The notes below the pieces were generated by a model, which had not been told where the DNA came from, ran no database searches, and was given only the letters and a program-made list of their open reading frames with translations. DNA of 64,000 nt from Sphagnum compactum (taxonomy: Eukaryota), in the NCBI GenBank assembly GCA_965153455.1, contig OZ234493.1, forward strand, positions 2,170,001-2,234,000, read 5' to 3'. Made by a program: the position numbers and the translations under genes. Shown piece by piece: positions 1 to 9,100 of this stretch. The first letter of the stretch is position 1, and each line of letters begins with the position of its first letter.

Positions 1-228
1 CCTAGACAACAGGAGTGTTTTGCTCAAATCAACTAGGTAATAGTCGTCAAATGAATCTCTTTGGTCCAGGTATTGACGTTAAATTAAAAGAAAGAAAGAA
101 AGAAAGATTCTAGGATTTTATTTTATTTTATTTTCCTCTTTTTTTTTGCATCGGTCATTTTGGCATTCGGGAAGTCAAAAACACTTTGTACAAAAATAAC
201 TTTGCCACTAGTTTGTGATCATCAATCA

Positions 229-1002
229 CTAGTAGGTGACCCGTGGCTACGCCACTCCAGCCACGTTTGCCACGTATTGGAGGCCTGAGGCGCCCCTGCA
301 GGTCCTGTGCGCGCTACTCGAGTCGGTTTGGCCCGCCCATCGTGCCCTGTGCACCCCCGTCTAGCCCGCTGAGCGCACCGTTTGGCCCCAAACTGCATCA
401 CGCATCCACACTGGATGTATAAAAGGCCGTGGCACCTCGCCCGGCCCCCCGCAGCGGCTACCCTGGCCGCAATCCGCGAATGTCTGTGACGAACACACAC
501 ACAGACAGATGGCGGCTCTCGTCGTTCTCCCGGCCATGCCCTCCGCCTCTTCCTTTCTTCCCTTCCTTTTTCACGTCCCAAATCAAGGTCCTGATATTTT
601 CGAGACCTGAAATCCCCTACTTCATAGTCTCCGTGTCCCTAACACAGATCCCTCGTTTCTTGAGACCTGGATTTTGTCATCTGTTGCCATTGCTTTTTCT
701 TCTAGTTCCAAACCTCAGGTCCCGATATTTTTTAAATCTGAAATCTCCTCGTCATGTGACGATAGATTGGCCTCCATGTCCCTAACACAGACAGACCCCT
801 CATTTCTTGAGACCGAGAATCTCCTCCTCTGCTGCCATTGCAAATTTTCAGGTTTCAATACCTTCGAGACCAAATCCAGGTCTCCTCATCATCTGACGAT
901 ACCTCCTGTCTCCATGTCCCTAAACAGACAGACCCCTCATTTCTTGAGACCTGAAACGAACAGACAGACAGACACACACCACGTTTGCTTTAATATATTA
1001 GA
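229..1002 (-). mobile_element. Complete non-autonomous Helitron (774 bp)
   Basis: The minus strand starts TCTAATATATTAAAGC... (1002) followed by a (GT)n/(CTGT)n microsatellite. It ends in a GC hairpin GTGGC-GTA-GCCAC, then GGGTCACCTA, then CTAG (229). It sits between host A (228) and T (1003) with no TSD. Three internal repeats with ~140-bp period (CTCCRTGTCCCTAA..CAGA...TTTCTTGAGACC) at ~629, 772 and 910. Confidence 0.8.
418..424 (+). promoter_or_regulatory. TATA-like box (TATAAAA) inside the Helitron, with two upstream GCCACGT ACGT-core motifs (260-266, 269-275)
   Basis: Motif match in a GC-rich island, followed by a CT-rich tract (~515-575) and oriented toward the LptF/G-like gene. Function not shown. 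Confidence 0.3.
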
Positions 1003-1274
1003 TCTCTTGCTTTTGTGTTTTTATTTCTTTTGGGTCTTGTGTAATATCTGGATTACACATTTTTGAGTTTTGGGCAAGACTTCAATATGTTTTTGTTGCA
1101 TGATTAGATCTTTCTCACATGATTTAGATCTTTTGTTGTTTTGGTTATCAAAGAATCAAATCAAAATCAAATTTATTACTCAGTAACCCTAAACCCCCCC
1201 TTTTCTTGAATACTAAACCCTAAATCTTTTCCTCTCTTGGAGCTTTTGGTGATGTTGAAGTTGGAATTTCGAAC

Positions 1275-4200
1275 ATGTCTGGGGTTGCTAAGATGATGTC
1301 CAATGCTGATTTTACTTCTTGCCAGTCATTTCATAGAAATACCACTTTCAATCAACTTGGGTCCCCTCATCATTGTTGGAGGTCTTCCAATTCTAGATCA
1401 TATTTTCCACCTCCTCTTTTTCATGCTTACAACCGGCCTTTGTGCCCACAGATTAGCAGAAGAAGTGTGTCTGGCTCATGTGTTGTTGCTTTACAATCAA
1501 GTTTCAGTTCCATTACTGCTTGCACCAAGTTCTGGAGCTTGGTGAATCTTGGAAGTGACAGGTCTCTTGTTGTACTTACAAATCATGCAGTATTTCCATC
1601 TGACAAACAATCTCAACACAACTTTTGGGGTTCATCTGTCAACCCTACATGTTGTTGTTCTGTAAACCCAACTAAGAGATTGCCAATCGAGTTGCCAAGG
1701 AAACCAAAAGTTGAAGCTGTTTTGCAAGAATTTCTTCCCAGAATTAGAAGGAGCTGGACATGGGTGACAACAAACTTGGTCAAACAAATTGCAGAGAAGA
1801 TGAGGAGGATAAGAATACCTGTTTTGGACAGATACATGATGACAGAGATGATGCCTGTGTTTGTGATGGCAGTTGGACTTTGTTCAATCGTGGGAATGAC
1901 ATTGGGTGCACTTGCAGGGCTTGTGCGTGAAGTTGTTGTGTCAGGTATGGTTGCTCCTTTTTTTATTTCTTTGGAATCTTGAGCCCTTTCATTGTAAATC
2001 CCTTGCATCTTGCAGTATTCTTGTTTGGATCTCCTTCTGGAATGTGTCTCATGAACTTTGAATTTTGGAATGAAAGAGGTTGTAAGAGAGGATTTCCATG
2101 GTTGTTTTGGGATCTTTACCTATTTGGTTGGTGTGTGCACACAGGGCTTCCCATTGCTGTTGCGGCGACTGCAGCTCTGCTACAGCTTCCCTATTTTGCA
2201 GCGCTCTCTATGCCCATGGCTTGCCTGGCTGCATCCCTGTTTGGCCTTGGCCGTTTACAGGTAATTCTAGGGTATAGATTCTGTTGTCCATACTGTTATT
2301 TGAGCACATTTGGAATTTTTATACCATATTGACAATTCATTGGTTTCAATGGGACAATTCATTTGCAGGCAGATATGGAGACTGTGGCCATTTTTTCAGC
2401 TGGGGTGTCACTTTGGCGGATGCTTGTGAGCCCTTTATGTTTGGGTTTTGTTGCAGTTTTGCTGAAGCTTGTGTGCCATGAGTGCTTGATCCCATATGGA
2501 AGCTCTCAGTATGAGACTCATCACTGCCTGCTCTTCATCCTTTTGTATGAGCCTCTGTGATATTTTGCACAAAAGCACACCAGTCATAAGCTTAGTAATT
2601 GCACCTTAAATCTTCTTATCATTAGCCACATATTGCAAAATGGTACAGACTGTGAGAGATGTGTAATAGAACTGATAGATAGTTTCCATGGAATGGGTTC
2701 GTACTGCAGGGCTCGTAGGATGGTGGATATGGCACTCACCACACATATGCAAGGCCTTCGACAAAACAATGATCTTGTGTATCCTGAGTATGGTGTCAAG
2801 GTATAGTCCATAATTTGGAAAACCATGTCTACCCTCTGCTTTCAGTTGACGACTGTCATATGTGGCTTGAAAGCCATTTTTCTGGGTACCCAATTCTGGC
2901 TGCCTTAAGATTGAAGAGGTCCATGTTTGTAGAAATTTTGTGAAGATCCATTTGAAGAAATGACATTCCCCAGCATAAGCAGATATGTGATATAACTCCA
3001 TGAAGGGAAACTTGCCATCAGTGTCTTTCTCAATATGTTTTGGATGGATGGGCCATTGGGAATGTGGCAATGTATCATAGTGGTAGGGATGAATATGGAT
3101 GGCTGGATGGACATGGATGGATGACGATGTGGCAGAGGGAAGTGGGGGATGATGGCAAGACTATTGGACGATCCCACACTGTGTTACAGCGAATTTGGTA
3201 TGCCACTGAAATGAAAGGCACTCAACTTTCGGGTCTTCTGCTACTTGACATTGCTTCTTCTGGCCATATTCATCGGGTATTGCCCATTTCCCACCTTTTT
3301 CAGTGTTTTATGAAATGAATCCTGGTATGTTTTAGTCCACACATTACATACCTTAAAGAAAGCACACCTTTGGCCCTGGTGTTGGCACAACCTTGTGGCA
3401 CAATTGCTCACATTTGTACTGTACAAAAGAGTTCTTTTTGTATGAGACAGAAATTGCCAAGTTTGACCTGTCCAATCAAGAGAGACCAACTTTTCAAGCT
3501 GCACCAACTTCTTCAATCTGTTGTTGAGTCCCAGACTTGGACCTCTTTGTCAGTGTTGTACCCAATTCTTGGAACACCATGGCTGGATTGAAGTTGAAGT
3601 GTTTTTCTTGGGTGGGTGGGATAGGTGATTGTGGCAGATGAAGGTGAGTGGAAATTTGAGGAAGGAATCTGGAAATTTGTGAACAGCACAATTCTCAGTG
3701 TGTGTCCAAAGGACACCACCTTTGGTATCCTTCAGGTCATCATCATCTCCAAACTCTTATCTGAAATAGAAGGACAATGCAACATTAACAACTTCCAGAT
3801 GTACTTGTTTTGTAGAAGAATTGAAACAAAACACACATGGAAATTGGATTTTTGAGAATTGAGTTAGCAGAGATCTGCCTGCCATGTCCAGAAAAGGAAG
3901 TTATTTCTCTTTTGATGTAACCAATGTCTTTCATTACTAAGGGGAGTGATGTCAACTTTTGTTACTGCAGGTGAGTGTTATGATGGTATTCCTGGTCTTA
4001 GAATTCCTGATTCTTTCATAATGTTGAATCTTATACTGGGACTGCTACAGATGGAAGGTCTCCAAGTACCTAGCGCTCGACTGACAAGTCGTAGAGCATT
4101 ACAAAAGCCATCTTTACAGGAACTGTCACGTGGTGGCATATTACGCTTAATTGCGGAGCTCCGAACTAAGCTTCACATCAAAAATCAGAACAGAGGTGGA

Positions 4201-4837
4201 AGTCAAGTTTCATTGGATTTGACTGAGGCTGGAATTGGTGACACTTCTCACATCCATTGCCAAGAGGGTGGTGAGAAGAAAGAGATTGTAACCTCCTCTG
4301 CAAAGGATTCAAAGTCACACAATGTGAACAGAAGTGAAGAAGATGAGTTGGTCAAGTTGGAATGCTTTCTACATCAACGAGATGCTGCCATATTTTCCTG
4401 TATTGTCTACTGTCTGGTGAGTCTAAGACAGAATCCCCAATCTGACCAGTTAATGGTTGTACAATCAGCTGACATTTTAGTTGCAGCAGTTTGCTTTACA
4501 ACTTGTGTAAGTTTCAGTATGTCATCCACGTTAGTTAGTTTTGTGAAGGCTTTGTATTTTGTGTTTACATTGTTGGAGGTTTCCATGAGAGTTGAGATTT
4601 TGGCTACTGTGACAGATGGGGGCAATGGCAACATTAGTGCAAGGTTCAAGGCCAGCAAGCTCAGGAAGCCGAGCATCTCCTATAGCTTGGGCTTTGCTGA
4701 GTAGTATGATTTACAACATGATAGTGGCTACAGCAGCTTTAGCAGGCATGTCAAGACATTTAACTCCATGGCTAAGTGCTTGGATTCCTCCCCTTATAGG
4801 ACTTTCTCTTTCAATCTTTCTCCCTGTAATCCTCTGA
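1275..4837 (+). CDS. LptF/LptG (YjgP/YjgQ family) lipopolysaccharide-export-type permease homolog with N-terminal organelle-targeting-like extension, ~618 aa, 8 exons
   Basis: Exons 1275-1944, 2145-2260, 2369-2508, 2710-2800, 3136-3276, 3625-3735, 4051-4416, 4616-4837; all GT-AG, phases consistent, 1857 nt. Family motifs: IPVLDRYMMTEMMPVF (TM1 start); LQLPYFAALSMPMACLAASLFGLGRLQADMETVAIFSAGVSLWRM (TM2 plus coupling helix); HECLIPYG; periplasmic-type beta region LVYPEY...LQRIWYA...VIVADEGEW...WKFVNSTI; LHQRDAAIFSCIVYCLMG; LTPWLSAWIPPLIG (last TM). Confidence 0.88.
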
Positions 4838-6166
4838 AGATAATAGTAGCACTTCATTTTTCAGCTCTCTGACAAATTTTGTCACAAATGCCAGCAATGT
4901 GAAAAACACTTCGACATTGAAGTAGATGTTATGTTTGTTGGCAGGTCTCTAGTTTTTCTCCAAATTTTTTTCGTCCATCATGGCTGTCAGGACAAACATT
5001 TGCAGTGATGGAATTATCACGCAGGAGCGATTCCACCCTTCACCCCTAAGTTTCTCAGAGTCACCTGCTCTTTCAAATGCATGTTTCAAATGCATGTGAC
5101 CGGCACTAGAACATCATGAGGTCTAGCAAATAGTCCTACAGCAAATAGTCCTCAAAGCTCATAATGATATGGAAAGATATCTCTCATGTCAAATAGTGGT
5201 CATTGGTCAGACCCCGCTCGTGGCCACCTGGTGTTGCTTGGCCAGGTCTTTCCAATGGCCACTACCTTAACAAAACACTTGCAGCAATACTTCCTTTCCA
5301 AGTTTTGGAGACATTTTAAAAATGAAAAGCTATATACAAATAGGGAGTAATGTACAATAGATTGGCAGGTCCTACATATGTAGTCTTTTGCACTACATAT
5401 AGGTAATCTTATGTGGGTTTCAACTTGTTGGGACTCTAATGCTCACAACCAGTTTTTGTGACCTGGAAAGCTCAACATCTAAGATTCATTTTGAACCTGA
5501 TTCAGTCACTGCTGCTAACTCATACCTACCTAGAGCATGTTCCTTTGCTGTAGCAACTTGTTGAACCTTCTCAATCTTGGATAAACACTTTTTAAAAAGT
5601 AAAAGAGAAGTTGGGGATTCTCACCTCCCACATCTTCAAGGGGATGTACATCATACTTTCTTCTAGTACGGTGCTAGCCCAGGTTACAACAATTTCATCA
5701 CTTTCCGCATGTAGAGAGAGAGAGAGAGAGAGTGCTGTGCTACATCCAAATGTGCACCCTCCTTGATCAAATTGTCATTAGATCCATCAGTTCCCCATCC
5801 AAACGTGCATCCTCCATGATCAGATTGTCATCAGATCCATCAGCTTCCAGTTGCAAATTGTACTCCTGAATGATCCAGGCCTGCATGACGCACAGGAAAA
5901 ATCGGATTTGCATCTGTTGGTTGATCTTCTCACAGCTAGAACTTACATACATGTATCTTTGGTCTCTCTCTCTCTCTCCCTCTCTGCACCACTCCCCTGA
6001 ACGACCACAGCTCTTGCACTGAGGCATTAGTTTTCTGTAGGCATTATCTACATTGACTCTCTTAAAAATACAGGATGTGCTGTGAAGAATTCACTGCACA
6101 TAGCGAATTGCTAATACGAGAGGAGGTTCGTTCTCCAGAGTCAAAATTTGAGTGGAAGTAGTAGGT

Positions 6167-9100
6167 CTATGAGATGGAATTCCTCCATGGCCGGCTTGAA
6201 CGCATCTGTAAAGGGGATGCACTTGCTGATGGTTCCTTGTGGTGAAATACATGACCGAGTCGTTTCAACCCTGAAACCCAAGATGACTGATGCGCTTTCT
6301 GTTTTGAAAGCTTCTCTAACTGCCAACAACATCCGACAGAATTGAAGGGGCAAGTCAGTCAAGGGCAATAGATGTTCTGCAGGTCCACAGTCAACAATCT
6401 GAAATCCATTTCAACCTGGTTGAGCGACTCTGGAGACTGCAACTAAACAGTGCTGACCATCAAGCAGTTGGGATGCCACAGTTCATCACCAATCAATTGG
6501 TCAAGCAGATAGATAGCCTGACAAATTTCTCTTAAGGGTCCCCTCATGAGAATCTTGATCAGATGAGGAGAGGCAGTCTCCTTATACCTGCTGTGTAACA
6601 GCTGAGTAATCCTGGTGGAGCTCCATAAATTTGGCTTTCATGAACATGACATCCTGTTGAAGTGCTTTGATGTCCATTTGCGTACTCGAATTCTCATGCA
6701 CTGATTGACCCAGCAAAGTTACTTGTTGGCTGGCACCCATTGACTCTTGCTTAAGAGGTGAATCTGATGGTTGGTGGCCTCGTGTGAAATTGCTTCCCAT
6801 AATTGCATTCCTCAGCTTTAATTGCTCACTAAAAAGGACCTGCAGACCAAACATTGGATTCAAATCATGACTGCTGTTGAAAGGATTTAGAAGGATTCAG
6901 ATAACCCAAAATAATTGTTCTCATGAGAGATAAATGATAAAAGCCTGCGATTTGAAATATAACAATTTCCCATAAATCATAACAAAAGCTCTCAAAGGCC
7001 AAAAGACCTATGCATTTCCTTACTTGGATAACAACACGTAGAGGAAGCCGCTCATTCTCTGCTGCATGCATACAAGCCTCAAGAGATAACCTTTGACAAT
7101 CCATCATCCGGCATAGCCTCTTTCGCTCTTGCTCAGAAATACCCGGATGAGCCTGCAATCCATGTGAGAGCTCAAAACTGGAAAGAAAGAGAAAAAAAAG
7201 CCAGACAAACTTAAAGGTGTTTTCAAGAAGCATTTTCAGAGAGTCAGATCCCCACCCTAATGAATGTAGTAGGTAGTAGCTCAAGGTGACAAATCCCTAG
7301 TCTTGTCTGCTTATATACTTGCATATGGGTACCTTTAGGTAGATATCAATTGCTCGATAAAGTCCATCATCTGTAACCCTTGAGAAATCTGGGAGCACCT
7401 CTGCAAGAGCCTGAAATTTCGCACACAGCAACTGGCTGTCCCTAGCAACCTCAGCTAGATAGCTGTCTATCAGCTTTGCAACTTTCATCTTGGCAGTGTG
7501 AGGAGCAACAGGTGGCTTCCCGATCGAGCCAATGCTTGGAGCTTCTTTCACCTTATTTGCACCAGTATGTTCCTGTACCCCCCCCCCCCGCCCCCCACTT
7601 AATCAAGTTCAGTCTGTCTACAGCATGAATGCTTACATAGAATTGAAGGGAAAGAATTTAGAAGATGGTAACTCTCAAAGCAAATAGAAGCTACAGTAGA
7701 AACCTGCACAGATGAGGAAAAAGGCACCTTTCCTTCAAATAATAAAGACATAATTAAGTGAATGTACCAAGACTTACAGAAGCCAACCCCATAATAGGAA
7801 GAACAACAAGCCAGAAGTTACGGAACTGATGTACAGTATTGAACAAGAAGGCCCACTTGGATGCACATGAACAATGTGGCAATAACACACATGTGAAGGA
7901 AAAATCATAAGTGTAATCATACGCAGAACTTAATTCACAAGATCTGACAGCATTCTCCATACATAAGCATTTTGATCATAAGCAGAACTTCCTTCACAAG
8001 AACAGCATTCTCATTAGCATTATGATCATAGGCAGAACATTGTTGACAAGATCAGCATTCTTTTCATAGGCAGAACTTTGTCGACAAGATCCACACTCTC
8101 AATTAGAGCATTATGAGCATATGTAGTACTTTATTTACAAGAGCTGTAGCATTCTCAAACAGCACTATAATCATAGGCAGAAGAACATTGTCGACAAGAT
8201 CAGCATTCTCAATCAGCACTTATGATCATAGGCAGAAGAACTTTGTTGATAAGAACTGTAGCGTTCTTAAACAGCACTATGATCATAGGCAGAACATTGT
8301 TGACAAGATCAGTATTCTAAATCAGCATTATGATCATAGGCAGAACTTCGTTGACAAAGATCAGCATTCTCTGAAATCATAGGAAGAAACTTCTTGGACA
8401 AGATTAGCATGTTCTCAATCAGCATTATCATCATAGGGGGAACTTCGTTGACAAGATCAGCATCTTATTGACAAAAAAATTCTTTAGTGCAACATGTATC
8501 CATGTATATGCTTGTACAGTTTGTTTTTGTACACCTAAAGAAGAAGAAAGAATTCACAGCTAAAGCAGAGTGCACAGCAGCTGCACAAGAAAAAACCAGA
8601 GCAAAACAGAGCTGTATACACAAAACCAAGACTCTGAAGAACAGGAAACACAACGAGTGCATCGAACATTTTGTTGAGTAGAAAAAAGAGCGACTGGAAG
8701 AATGCTCAATCCCATTCTTCTTTGTGCTGAACAAGTTGAAGAAGAAGAAGAAGGAACAACAACAACAACAACAACACGAAGCGCAAGGAAGCTGCTGCAA
8801 GATGGGCTGCTGAATTTTACCTGAACAAGAAATTGCTCCAGAATCCTCTGCACAATATCAGTGTCGTAGAAAGTGTTGCTGGTATGTAGGAAGGAGGGAA
8901 TGAGCAAATCGCTTAGGTTTGCATTCTCCAGTTGCATTCCCGCTCTCTTCTCCAGCTCCTTCATGGTTTCTTGGCTAGCATTCAGCAAGCTCGCTGCACG
9001 CAGAAGACGGAGTGCCGCGCTACAAGAGATGGCATCCGCTTGGCACGGCAGCATGCTCACCAGCGCATCCATAATCGTCCTGCAGTTCTGCTTCAAGTCC

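Noticed and set aside
222-1066. ORFs 222-581, 429-785 and 674-1066 as genes
   Set aside because: They lie almost entirely in the Helitron's GC-rich and tandem-repeat interior and show no recognisable protein motif.
1275-4837. LptF/G gene as bacterial contamination or a misassembled endophyte contig
   Set aside because: It has seven GT-AG introns with consistent phases and an N-terminal extension, and it is contiguous with plant NPH3 and plant-type repeats.
7966-8464. Repeat array as CRISPR-like
   Set aside because: The units are contiguous with no unique spacers, the context is a eukaryotic intron, and there are no cas genes.
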